NCBI GenBank assembly: GCA_964187785.1
Contig: OZ076411.1
Coordinates: forward strand, 23,560,001-23,624,000
Direction: 5' to 3'
Length of the DNA stretch: 64,000 bases
From: Amphiscolops sp. MND2022
Lineage: Eukaryota
Part shown: piece after piece, positions 37,942-50,102 of the stretch
Numbering within the stretch: position 1 is the stretch's first letter
Layout: every line of letters begins with the position of its first letter
Translations under genes and position numbers: made by a program
Notes under the pieces: generated by a model
Seen by the model: only the letters and a program-made list of their open reading frames with translations
What the model was told of the DNA's origin: nothing
Database searches by the model: none

Positions 37942-38543
37942 CTGAAAACCGTCAACTTCACTTTCAACAACAAATCAAACAAAATCGACATTGCATAGAA
38001 ATTTGACAAATTTCATTTTCAAAATTAGTTATATAGTTCACAAAAAACGAGAAAAATTCCATAATTGAAACAGCAGAAAATGTATTTTTCCTTAGATGAA
38101 ATTTCTTCTATTCATTTGCTCAGAAGTAAATCTCTAATTCCAGACAATATTGTCAAAATCTTTATCCAATTTTTGCAAAAAAAATGCAAAGGTCATTAAT
38201 GTTTCATTGTTAGCACCTCAATCTTGGTCTACAAGCTTTATTAGTTGAATAGAGTGACCTTTTACACCTGGGATGAGAGAAAACTATTCGTTAGTGATTA
38301 GCCTATGCACTGACGTATACGAAAGTAATCAACGCTTTCGAACGACTGATTAGACCAAAGCCATCACTCGCTCGCTTCCTGTCAATAATACCTATCACCC
38401 TAGCCGTTAGATGAGAAAATAAGTGACGATCGTTTTTTGCTACTGAAAAAAGGTAACTATAGGTATACTGGTGTTTCACTAATATTTCAGCTGGCGCACA
38501 AATATCTACATATTTTCGCCACAAAATAATTGGAAAATGTTAC

Positions 38544-38834
38544 CTTAAGTACATATTTGTTACTGTCATTGTAGGGCCGGGAGAAGTAGAGACCAAACTT
38601 CCGGATATCAGTATCCACGTGATCAGTGATGCTGAAATCGGCGTTGCGAACTTCAAACTTGGCTTTGTACAGATACTTCTTCTGACCTGATGCGTCTTTA
38701 ACAACTTTGGCGAACAGGATGAAATACTCAAAGAGGAACAGGTGTCTTTCCCTGCCCTTTTTGATTAATTGTCTAGGCTCCCACATCTGGAACGTTTCTT
38801 GGAGAACCAGATCACCTTGAGAATCGAGATTCAG
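38544..38834 (-). CDS. trio: trio exon, PH1 domain (QGDLVLQETFQMWEPRQLIKKGRERHLFLFE)
   Basis: Near identical to TRIO QGELILQESFQVWDPKTLIRKGRERHLFLFE. 291 nt, tttcag/gtaaca. Confidence 0.95.
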
Positions 38835-39358
38835 CTGAAACAAAAATGATTTCGAGTAGGAAATATTCCAGTATTTCCAACAATTTTACAGGCCTGAAAA
38901 GAAAGTTCTAAATTTTGGTTAAAGCTAACACAACACTCCATCGGCTACAGTCTTCCCTGGTAGTTGGTTCTATGGAGTTTCTTTTAGCTACTTACGCTAC
39001 CAGAGTAAATGTCAGTCATTGATTTGTTGAAACTTTACTTAAATCCAAATATTGAACAAGTAGGGAAGCCTGACACCTACTTCAGGAAGACCAACCAATC
39101 CTTGGGAAATTCAAACCTGTTGGAAAGAATCGTGCCAGAATGTTTAGAATGAATTCGAAATAGGGTTGTCATGACAGGCTTGCCCTGACAAAAATAATAA
39201 AATCAGCCTTCTGAAGGAATGCTCAACTAACTAGAAATGAATATAACCTAAGTCATTAAATTACCAGACGTTACCACCGTTGCAAATTTACAACTATTTC
39301 ATTTCAGTTAAGAGTTATGAGAATTTGATCAGCGAAAACCGAAACTCCGACTACGATG

Positions 39359-40725
39359 AAACAAGCCGAAACGGTATAAGTCGGCGCCCCGCTTAAGGCT
39401 TAACAAGCCGAGAACGGCCAAAGTCGGCGCCATATCTAAGGCTCAAAATTGAAAAGGGGGACCCTTCGGGCCTTATGAAACTCCAGCTGGTTGCAAAAAA
39501 TGAAAAAAATTGAAGGGGGACCATTTGGGGACATGAAAAAATTTCCCAAAAAAATTTTTTAATGAGATTTTTGAACAGTGTTGTCACAGTGCCGAAAAAT
39601 GTAAAGGGACCCTTTGCGATTTTTTGACATCCACTGTGTTGCAAAATATCGAAACAAATGAAGGGGGACCCTTTGGTGCAATCCAAAAAGTTTCAAAAAG
39701 TCTCATAGTGCCGAAAAAAAGTGGGGCTATGGGGGATCCTTAGTGTGTTTTCGAGGTTCTGGACGTCTGTTTTTTTTTCTTTTCGTTTTGGACGCGCTTC
39801 TGAGGTTGGAGTTGTTGAGGTTTGAAGTTGTTGAACAAATGAACAAAAAAGTGGACCTTACGCGTCTAAAAAAACTACCCACTGTAATAGTCGGGCTCAT
39901 TTTCTACTAAAAAACATCGAACAATTGAAGGGGGAAAATTTTTGTTTTCGGAAAAAAAATCTCAGTGCCGAAAAAAAAACTCAAAGGGGGACCCTTTGTG
40001 ATTTTCCAACATCCATTCTGACGCAAAACAGCAAAAAAATTGAAGGGGGGACCCTTTGGGGAAAAAATTTTCCGAAAAAAAGTCTCGCAGTGCCGAAAAA
40101 AAAAATTGAAAGGGGGGACCCTTTGGTCTCGCCCGGTACGGTATGTTACGCGGAAAAACAGGAAAAAATCTTTTTGGTTCAGTTCGCTAGGCCAAATGGT
40201 GCAATAATATTTTGTAGAACTTTTAAAAACTATTTTGGTCAGTTCGTGTGGATAGAAAAAAAGAGTCACTGAAATAGTCGCGTTTCACTCCATGAAGCGC
40301 CGACTAAAAATAGAACAAGGACCTTTTGATACATTAAAAAATTTTCGATAAAAAAACGAAAAATGAGAATTTGTGAACAGTCTCATAGTGCCGAAAAATC
40401 TGAAAGGGAGGGCTCTTTGGCATTTTTTAACATCCATTCTGTTGCAAAATATCGAAAAATTGAAAAAGGACCCTTTGAATACATCAAAAAATTTTTGAAG
40501 TCCTTGCTGAAAAAAAAACGAAAGGGGGACCCGTTAGTCTCATCTGGTATTGTGAGTTACGCTAGAAAAAGGAACAAATATTATAGTTCAATTACTTGTG
40601 CCAAATGGTACAATTTGGCTCCTTAAAATTTTGTAGAACTTTGTAGAACTATTTTGGACAGTTCGAGTGAATCAAAAAAGCCACAATTTATCGCGCTTCA
40701 CTTTGTGAAGCGCCGACTTAAAATA
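39359..40725 (-). mobile_element. Cluster of adjacent or nested HINE family A copies
   Basis: AACAAGCCG ends near 39360 and 39402, and GCGCCGACT ends near 40305 and 40718. Confidence 0.75.
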
Positions 40726-41057
40726 AAACTGTGCACCGTAACAAAAATTTCGATGAAACGCTTAAACAATTGAACAGAAGTTGACCCACTGCAGTATTTT
40801 AAGATAATTGAAAGAGCTGAAGATTTTCAAAAGTTACTAGAATGCAGGTAAAAATAAAGATAATTGAGATCGAAGTCTTTTTAACTAACGAGTGCTCGAA
40901 AGAAAAACAATTATGATTGTTACAATTACAAAGAAAAACTAAGTACAGTGACTCCGGTAAATTCGTATCCGGATAATTCCGATCTTCGTTTGCGTACTTA
41001 CGAATTCCCCATTCCGCGACGACCAAAGAAATATGATTCTTATTATCAAAGAAATAT

Positions 41058-41455
41058 CAAACAAGCCGGGAACGGCCCAAGTCGGCGCCATATCTAAGGC
41101 TCAAAAAACAAAAGGACTTCAAAGTGTCAAGTATTCTCTTCTACAGTACCCGTGTGAGGAAAAAATGAAAAAAATCCGATTTTTTCAAACTTTTTGGTCT
41201 ACGGTAAGTCGCATAGTGCCGAAAAATGTAGAAGGGGACCTCAAAAAGCCTAATTAACCTCTATCTCAAGTGCCAGTAGAAGTAGTGTGGCATTTAGTGT
41301 TAGTTCAAGTCAGCTTATAAAATCTGTCACTTCGTTGGTCCTAAAAAAAGAAAAGTCACTACTATAGTCTGCGTTTTTCTACGAAAAAGCGCCGACTAAA
41401 AAAGAAAAGTCACTACTAAAGTCTGCGTTTTTCTACGAAAAGCGCAGACTAAAAA
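41058..41455 (-). mobile_element. HINE family A, internally deleted copy with duplicated subTIR end
   Basis: Collinear with 60095-60615 but lacks the middle (junction at GACC). AAAGTCACTACTA(T/A)AGTCTGCGTTTTTCTACG occurs twice. Confidence 0.75.
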
Positions 41456-41922
41456 ATTAGTTTTTCTCATTATTCGTACTGCAGTCAGGACACTTGCTAC
41501 TAGGTCATTTGCTACTACGAAATTTACTACTAAGGCATTTGCTACTAGGGAATTTGAGACTACCGGCAAAATGTTACTAAATCAATTGCTGCAAATGGGT
41601 GCTACTACGAAAGTGAGCAATGGGACTAATTAAAGAACTATGAAAAAAATCAAGTTTCGTCGAAATTGGTAAAATATTTGTCAAAACTACCCGTTGACTG
41701 AGAAGTGAACATGCTACAGAAGGATCTAACGGAGGATTTGCTAGTCTTTTCATACTTGAAATCCAGAAATCTGATTATAGCCCACAAGTAACAGCTAATA
41801 GTCCCATAAAGTTAGTAGCGAACAACCCAAAAGCAAAGTGCCTAGGAGCAAACGTTGGCATTTATTTTGATCTCAACCGAGAAACCTTGAAAATGAAAAA
41901 TTGCACAATTATCAATAATTAA

Positions 41923-42452
41923 CCCTAACTTGACCACTGTGACGAATCTGGCACATTTCGTTTCAGCAAATTTTAAACGCACCAGCTGATTGTATGGTAA
42001 AGAAAACTTGAATGAAATTTTCAGACGATATTGCATAGCATTCGGCGCCTTTTCACGGAATATTGACTTGATGTCTCCGAAATCCAGAAATTGGAACCAA
42101 AACAAAAAATCAGAAAAAATTGAGTGCAGATTTTACCGTTTTTCCTGTCTTCGTTTGTGGCCCCTTTATCCCACTGGTATTAACATTGGGTCAAAGCGGC
42201 CCCAGCATGTTTTCAAACATGCTGAGAAGCAATCAGAGACACGACGCGTGCAAAGGTTTGGCGCTACGTCCGGAGCCAGTGCGGCGAAGCCCCCAGCCCA
42301 GCCGTTCGAAAATCAAATTGAAAGCGCTGATTGCCTTCTTTCGAACGCTGTATAAATCGTTTGTCGGACTTGCATAGTTTAGGAGATATTGCGGTTTAAT
42401 GTTTAAGCACCCGATTTTTGGATGGATCCAGATTTTTTCTGTCAACTTAGGG
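41923..42452. mobile_element. piggyBac-type MITE, same family as 56428-57000
   Basis: TTAA flanks. TIR CCCTAA(C/G)TTGAC, 11/12 match. Shared ATTGAAAGCGCTGATTG.CTTCTTTCGAACGCT core. Confidence 0.85.
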
Positions 42453-42460
42453 TTAAATAC

Positions 42461-43067
42461 AACAAGCCGGGAACGGCATGACTACGCGGCCTGCTCAAGG
42501 CTCAAAACGAGCGAACGTAGTTGAAAGTGTCACGGGTTCTTTTGAAAAAAAAATTTGACAGTACACCGAAAAAAACACCAAGGAGGGATATTTTCAAAGG
42601 AGGGGCATTATTTTTGAAGCCCCGCCTCCTCCTTGGTAATACGCCAAATACTTTGGATATAACGCCAAAATTCGGATATAGCGCAATATTTTCGAATCTC
42701 CTCCTCCAGTAGAACGCAATTCACTTCGGATATAACGTCAAAAGTTCGAATAGAGCGTGCTGGGCCACATGGGTGCGCTTTTTCGCACCTCCGACTCCTG
42801 CTCAGCAAAACTTCGGATATTACCCCAAAAATTCGAATATAGCGCAATATACTTCGGATATGACGTCAAAAATTCGGATATAGCGCAATATTTTTTTCAA
42901 ATCAGGAAAAAAGTAATATAGATCAGTTTGCGGGGTCGGAAATGGTAAAAGATTTTGTGGAACGTTTGAAGAACTATTTCGGTCAATTCGCGTGGATTGA
43001 AAAAAAAACGACAAAAAGCCACTATAATAGTGGCGCTTTTCATTTTCAATGAAGCTCCGACTAAAAA
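42461..43067 (-). mobile_element. HINE family A variant with TTCGGATATA(A/G)CG internal repeats
   Basis: AACAAGCCGGGAACGGC at the left end, GAAGCTCCGACTAAAAA at the right end. Confidence 0.65.
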
Positions 43068-44059
43068 TAGACCGTCTAACGTCAAAGATTTTTTCGTGAA
43101 ATCGACTGAAATGAAGTAAAGTTTTGAAAAAACGGCTTTCTTCCCATCACTTAAAAACCTTGAAATCAAAACCCAAGCAATTAGTACGATAGTACTCTGC
43201 TAATTTGTAGAAAAATAGAGAGCTGTGCATTTCATGTATGCTTATGCCGTGAATATAACCTTTCTGAAAGATTCTATTTGACTGGCAAGTGTCGTTAGCG
43301 CTTCAACCTTTACATTTTACGGCGCGCCTAATTGATACGTTCTGTGAAAAGCATACCTGACTCCAAATAATTCAAAATAACGAGCTTGACTTTCACAGGT
43401 ACAACTTAACCCGAAATAACTATTGCACAAATCCGGCATATGCAACCGTGTTTACATTATTCTCAACCAATTTATACTGAATCGCAATCCCAGATGACCA
43501 AGCGGTCAAATTTTCAACGAATTACGAACCAAAATCAACCCTCAATAGTCAAAGCAGCATGTTTTCCTTTCTTGCTGAGACTAGGAAAATAGAAAAGCAT
43601 TAAAAATCGATGGCAGTTGGCAATACAATTTTAAACCTTTGTATGTGGTCCACTTAGTGACCTCAATTTTACAGATGGAAGAAATAACGCCCAAATCGAA
43701 TTGGAAATAAATTTGAAGGCTACATCTCCGGAATTAATGCCCAAAAAAACAAAAGAAGTTGTATGACTCGGCTTTAATAATTATAATTCATGGTCTACCT
43801 CCGTTATACAACCAGCCACCGCAGTCTACCCGCTCCGATTCGCTCTTGTGTTCAGAGCATTAGAGGTATGTGACCGTAGCTAATCACAATGGCGTTCTTT
43901 ACACGACATGAAGTTCCGAAATGTTTCGATATTTTGTCGTTATTTGCAGTTAAATGGTTGACATTATTTCTTTGCACGTTATTCACCCGTATCAATTTCC
44001 GGCATGCAACTCGACACATTAATGTACTAACACTAATAGAAAACACATGTATGACCTAC

Positions 44060-44275
44060 CTCTTTAGGGACATTTTGAAGCAAGGACAAATGCATGGTGT
44101 CATTGGCCTTCTGTGGCACCATACGCATTAGCTCCAGAGCTTCTTTGATCTCTGATTGGAAGTCGCAACATCCAAGAAGATCTTTCAACAGGAGACTGTA
44201 TTTAGTGATCCTCTGCACTGGTTTGATCAAGCACGACTGAATCTCCAAAGGCAGATTTCTTCGTTCTTTAATCGA
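44060..44275 (-). CDS. trio: trio exon, DH1 C-terminus (LIKPVQRITKYSLLLKDLL...ANDTMHLSLL)
   Basis: Matches TRIO LIKPVQRITKYQLLLKELL...ANDAMHLSML. The PVQR Gln and the AND Asn-Asp needed for GEF1 activity are retained. 216 nt, phase 0/0. Confidence 0.95.
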
Positions 44276-44473
44276 CTGTAACAGGTGCATAGACGGAAAT
44301 GTTAGAACAGCGACATGACATTCTGACATTATTAACGAAACGAAAAAGGCCGAACTTCAAAATGGACTGAAAAAGTGTTTTTAATAGTGCGGATTTCTGG
44401 AAGTTATAACATCCATAACGAATTATAGATCTACAAACAGAGGACTGAACATGCACGCCAAAAGGAAACTAAC

Positions 44474-44639
44474 ATCGAAAAATGTAACTGCATCTGGTAT
44501 GAGAATGACTCTATTGGACTCAGGCATGTTCTTGCAATACTCCACATAGAGCTGCTTGAACATTTGAGCATTCCTCACAAATCCGTGACCGACGTCCTCT
44601 GGGCGACCTCGGTAGCCATCCAACTCCTTCAGGAATATC
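44474..44639 (-). CDS. trio: trio exon, DH1 ([20 protein letters not shown]...YVEYCKN)
   Basis: Matches TRIO [20 protein letters not shown]...YVTYCKN. Phase 2 to 0, tttttag/gttagt. Confidence 0.95.
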
Positions 44640-45081
44640 CTAAAAAGTATCATCGAATTCATATTAGATTTCTCCAAGCCGATTTTCAGTTAAAAGATCA
44701 ACAGCACACAAACACCGCTATGGCGATGACCAAATTTCTTGGGCAAAGTTTTAGTTAGGAAGCGTTTCAGACAAAATTGCAAACAATCTCTCAGCCTAGG
44801 AAAACGAAGTAGCTGACAAATCGCAAAAAACTAAAACAGACTAAAACAGAGTAATTGCGACTCTAAAGGAGACTTTTTTGCACTTCCCCCATTAGATTGG
44901 GGAAGGTTCCTCCCTTGTTTTTATCTACCGTGAAAATTTTCAATTTTTCATCGATTGAAAGTTTTAAAGTATTACGGAGTCAAAGAAACTGGAGTTTGTA
45001 ACAGATTAGAAAAAAAGACCCATACTCCAAAAATTTTCTAAACATTGATATTCCGAACGGCGACAGTGCTTTTTTATGATA

Positions 45082-45235
45082 CAGTGGATCCCGGATATAA
45101 CTAACGTCAGCGGAACGACTAGTGGTGTTTCCTAAACCGAAATTTCTTATGTGCGGGTTTAAAAGGAATTAAATTGACAGTTGGTCCAAGATACTCATTG
45201 ACTATAAGCGGGTTTCTCACATCCGGGATCCACTG
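45082..45235. mobile_element. 154-bp Tc1/mariner-type MITE
   Basis: Perfect 15-bp TIR CAGTGGATCCCGGAT. TA on the left, AA on the right. Confidence 0.8.
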
Positions 45236-45355
45236 AATCAGTTTGAAATTTTTAGCACTCAAAATCTTCGAGCTACAGGAAAAGTGAAATAACAAAATGA
45301 CCTTCGTATAATGGGGAGATACTTGAAAATTTTTTTGAAAGTGATGAGAACTAAC

Positions 45356-48210
45356 TCAGAGTGGAATTGGTAAATCTGTTCTATGTTGGCGAAAATGTTG
45401 CTTTCTTTCCCAACTAAGGATGATGCCAAATTTGTATTCCTGAACGTTTCCAGATAATTTGAAATACAAAGATTGAGGTCTCGAACAAACGCCTTCTCAG
45501 TTTCTAGCAACTCGTTTATCACAAATTCCCGCTTCCTTTCAAGGCGTCTTTTCTCACTGTCTACAACTGGTGTAGCTGCAACAACAGCACTTGGACTACT
45601 GGCATCTCCAGGGGTCACTGCCCCAGGTGTCACGCTGCCCGAGGGGAAGGGTGCTGTGCCCACAGGAGTATCAGGGGCAGGGCATTCCAGCATAAGAGAC
45701 TTGAGGTTTTCCCAAGGAGGAGGCGATCCCAAGAGTCTGTAAATTTGGGCACAAATGGTGTCTGTATCTTTATGGAAGCTTCTGAAAGTGGAGTAAAGTT
45801 TTTTGCATAGCTTTTGCAGGTCGTTAATTTGAGACACTGAAGCCGGAGAGATGTCATTTGCAGCTTGATTAGAGGTCAACATGGGTACTTTTTCATTCGA
45901 CTCCCCAAGTGGTGTCTGTGAGTTTCTTAGGTCAGCGAAACGCAGCATCAGCTCTTCAACGTTGAGCTTTTGGTTGTAAGCTTCATGTCTGAAGGTGTCA
46001 TGATTTGTAATGACCAGTTTCAATTGTTCGTCTGTGAGAGGTTGACTTCCAGAAATTAAAGCTGTAGTTGCATTCACGTAGCTTTCGCGTCTGTTTTTCA
46101 GCCACTTCAAAACATTTTCACAATCTCTTCTCTGTTCTGCAAATTTCAAATGATTGTCTAAACGTTTCTTTCGTTTGTCCCAAGCAGCCAACAAGTTAGT
46201 TTCCGATAGCAAAACAGAATCCATCTTTTGCTGTACGACGCTCCTCGAAGCTCTGTCGTCATGCCCGTCGATTGAGTACGGCTCATGATTAACCTTTCTA
46301 GACAGTTGGGCTAGAAAACCTTCGGAAAGTTTCCGGATGAAACCACAAAGTTTTGTGAAGTCATCCTTGCAACAACTGTGTTTGTTGAGGGCTGATCGTA
46401 AAGCCTCAAGAGGCATCTCTGGGGAAGTATCTTCCTCAAGACTAAAATCTTTTTGCAGAGATTCCAAAGTTTCAACTAAGTTGGAGTGAGTTTTGAAAAA
46501 GTTGTTAGCCGTACGGGCTAAGTCGTTCCGATACTCGACTCTCGAAACCAAGCGACCCCAATCATCCGCTATTTGTTTGGCCAACTTGTTGATCAGAATG
46601 TTACCTCGATGTTCACCGTGGTTCATCTCTTCATTGTTGTTTTCGGCATTCATGCATTCCATGGAACTCAGAATAATTTCAGCTCTTCTGTAAACCCCCA
46701 AAATACTTTGATGCTGTTTTTGAAGACTCGCATGGAAGTGCCTGGTCTCTTCCTCTAATTTCACAGCGTCATCAAGGCATCTAAGTCTGATGGGAGACTG
46801 ATTGAGCTGCTCCTCTGCTGTTCGTATCCAGTTGAGAGCATCTTTGCATTCATCTTCGAAGTTGTTCACTTCTATCTGTAATCTAAACTGCTGTCTTTGT
46901 TGATTGTCCGCTTCTTGCAGTCGCTCTACATTGTCTTTCAAACATGTCCATAACTGCTTCACGTGATCGTCAGTAGTCATTCCTAGACTTGGATCTATCA
47001 GCTGTATTCCCGGGTTCCCATGTACATACACGTACAATTCCTGCCCCATTTTCAATACTTCTTTGGCATTTTGGACAGTAGCATTAACAGCTTCAGAAGA
47101 GTTACTCAACATTTTGGCAACGGTTGCATTTTCGAGTCTTTTAATCTCCTCTAATTGTGCAACCCAATAAATGGCCGTATCGTTTATTTCGCGACATTTC
47201 AACTCAAACCAGCGAAGTTGCTCCGCCAAGTCTAAAGTGACTTTTCGATTGTTCCAAGCCTCGTCCAAGTCTCTTTTGTGTTCATCTAAACTAGATATCA
47301 GGTCTGTTACAGCTCGATATCCAGCTTGATCAAACCCACCCGCTGTTGATTTAGATCTGCTGTGGTTGCTAGCCTCACTGGTTTTGGTCGCACTCGTTTC
47401 ACCACCATCGCTTCTCTCAGAGCCGGTCATACTCTCATTGACCACATCGGGTAATGCAAACTTGCTACCCGGCTCGTTTTCCATTGCTACCTGTCTTAAT
47501 TCTTCTCGCAGTTTTTCTCCATCGTGTCTGCAATCCAACATAGCATCAATAGTTGCGTTTCTTTCAGTTTCAAACGCGTCTTTTGCTTCTCTTACTCCGT
47601 CTAAGGTATCAGGAACAGCATTGTCGCTCAGCTTTTCTTTCAAGAGTCCAATCCACATGTTGATACTCTTCATGTTATCGTAAAACTTGAAGGCTAGCTG
47701 CAGTAAATTTGTTCTGTAATCCACCTTTTCTTGAAACTGCCGCATCTTCATTTGAAGGAAGTTAATGTGCTGAGATATTTTATTGTGGTCTCCGACCCCT
47801 GATTTCAACAAATCATGGCCAGTTTGGACAACTTTGTGGGCATTTTTGCGAGTACTCTGGGCAATTTTTATGAACTCTTCGTGTTTCTTAATCAATGCTT
47901 TAGTTCGTGTCAATGATTTGCCAATGTTAGTTGTCTTGTTAATAAAAGGCTCTCCGTGATCATCTACCCAATTCACAACAGCCCAAACATCTTTTTCAAA
48001 CATTTCCACAGCGATTACTAGTGTGATACAGTTTAGCTTGTTTTCATACGCAGCCTCTAGATGTTCGAAGTCCTTCATGACCCGATGACTCATAGCAGCA
48101 ACTGGGTCACTGCAGCCACTGTAGTCTAGATCATTCGCCCAAGACTCCCCGGATTCCGTGTTAGGAGGAGTAAGGAGAATTTCCATCAGAGATTTGGACA
48201 GTTGGCGCAC
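45356..48210 (-). CDS. trio: trio giant exon (2855 nt): several spectrin repeats plus N-terminal half of DH1
   Basis: WVDDHGEPFINKTTNIGKSLTRTKAL matches TRIO WIENHGEAFLSKHTGVGKSLHRARAL. REFVINELLETEKAFVRDL is DH conserved region 1. ttaag/gttagt, phase 0 to 2. Confidence 0.96.
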
Positions 48211-48453
48211 CTTAAGACAATAAATGCGCTTATAATTTCTACTGAAAAGGCAGGAAACAATAACCAAAAATATTAATTTTTCTGTTGTTTCAAATTATAC
48301 ATCTACTCGCTTTCGTTGAGTCACAGCTTGCATTCTTATTTCAGCCTTCAATGCCTGCAGAGGTTGGTTTGATCGAGGTTTGTGAGAACTGATCACCCGC
48401 TTTCGCTTCAAAAAACACCTTCATTTTAATTGATCGTAGCCAATAGAACTTAC

Positions 48454-48588
48454 CTCATTGTAAAAAACTTTTATGTTGCTGAATACTTGGTTCAAAGATT
48501 CTTTGATGTCCATCAACTCGCTTGAAGGGGTCGTAGTAAAATCAATACCGTGTATGGCGTCAGTCCATGCAGGCACAGAGTTTATAAA
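48454..48588 (-). CDS. trio: trio exon, spectrin repeat (FINSVPAWTDAIHG...KSFYNE); not in the ORF track
   Basis: 135 nt open frame, ttttcttttcag/gtaagt, phase 0/0. Aligns to TRIO YMSNVDSWCKAC...LAYSE. Confidence 0.88.
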
Positions 48589-49138
48589 CTGAAAAGAAAA
48601 ATAGTTTTTGTTGAAACAGGATAAACTATTGGTTTCTAGACTAATTCATCGTTAACAACTCATGATATTGAATTAACAACCATTGTCGCATTTTTGAACA
48701 TGGGCGAAGGACGAAGCGGATCACATAGTCAGCTACACTTGTTACTGCATTGTTTAGCACATGGTTAAACCATATGATCAGAAATTTTATTGGTTAAAGG
48801 AGTTTCAACAATCGAAAGGGAAAATTCTTAGTTGATTAGGGAAATCAAGAAACCAACACAAACTCCTAGAATTGTTTGAGAAAATGCACCGGGCTGTAAA
48901 TTTTCCGTCTGGTCGGACAATCGGGCAGGACTGATTGAATCCCGATACTGACCGAACATGACAATCTCCCTCAACTCATGAAAGACCGTTTTAGTCCGCG
49001 TTTTTCGGACAGTATCACGAGTCTGTCAGTGACTAGTTTCTTTAGCTCACCCTGAAGAGCCCACTTTAATTCATAATTGTATAATTCAATTCAACGAAAG
49101 TACCCAATAGAAAGTTCGAATCTAACCACCACCGACAC

Positions 49139-49319
49139 TTTTAGTCGGCGCTTCATGAAGTTCAGATATAGCGTTTCCAAAGTTCGGATATAACGTTTTC
49201 TTGACACTTTGAAGTCCTTTTGCTATCTTTGAGCCTTAGATATGGCGCCGACTTGGGCCATTCCCGGCTTGTTGAGCCTTAGATATGGCGCCGACTTATG
49301 ATGACGTTCCCGACTTGTT
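49139..49319 (+). mobile_element. Minimal HINE family A copy (135 bp) plus duplicated 3' end
   Basis: Runs from TTTTAGTCGGCGCTTCATGAAG to GCCATTCCCGGCTTGTT (49273), then a second GAGCCTTAGATATGGCGCCGAC...CTTGTT. Confidence 0.75.
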
Positions 49320-50102
49320 TCCGGCACCATGCGATTTTTAGAATTATTTAAACCGAAGTGCCCCCTTGATTTTTAGCAGAAACAAAACGTTTTGAGAGCA
49401 TAGAGGGCCACTGTGGTAGGTTTTTCGGCACTAATCGTTTACCGAAAAATTTTTCAAAATTGAAAACATTTTTGATAACTTTTCTCACACTATTGATGAT
49501 TTTTTCAGGTTTTCTGTCAAGGAAAATCGTTTTCCGAGTCTTAAGGGTAACCTATTTGGTTATTTTCTGGTCATATGGGACTGATGAGAGTTTCACAGTA
49601 ATTGTGAAAGATCTGATTTTTTTGGCTTGAAAAAAGCGCCTTAAAACCTAAAGGGTTCCTTGTAGAAATTAGGCACTATGAGACTTTTTTCGAGTCAGGG
49701 TAAAAACGGTTTGTGAGTCTTTTCAGCACTGTAAATTTGATGGAAATTTTCACGATAATGTCCCTTCACACATTGAAAACATTTTGCTCTTTTTGTACCT
49801 TGATCGTTTTGCCTACCTAACAGTTCCGGGCTTGTTAATAGGGGCTGCAGTTAGTTTTTCAGCTAGAAACAAAACCGCAATAGCGTAACAGCGATGCATA
49901 GCGTAAGTTTTCTCTTGATGCGAAACTTCAACGGCAAAAATACGTCGAAGCATCCGAGTAACACTTGCTTATTGCGAGCGTAGCTATTGCCAGTCTTGAA
50001 AACAAATTTTCGCGATTTCAAGCTCATGCTTGACGAAATATCACGCAGCATCAGATCTTTGTCCAGTCGCATTGTGAAAGTCCGACCGAATACCCGACCG
50101 GG

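Noticed and set aside
39393-40626. Lys/Phe-rich ORFs here and in similar repeat blocks (7.5-9.4, 59.4-60.5 kb) as proteins
   Set aside because: They are translations of A/T- and G/C-run repeats within HINE copies, with no domain-like content.
45473-47683. Plus-strand ORFs overlapping the giant exon
   Set aside because: They are antisense shadows of the strongly supported trio coding frame.
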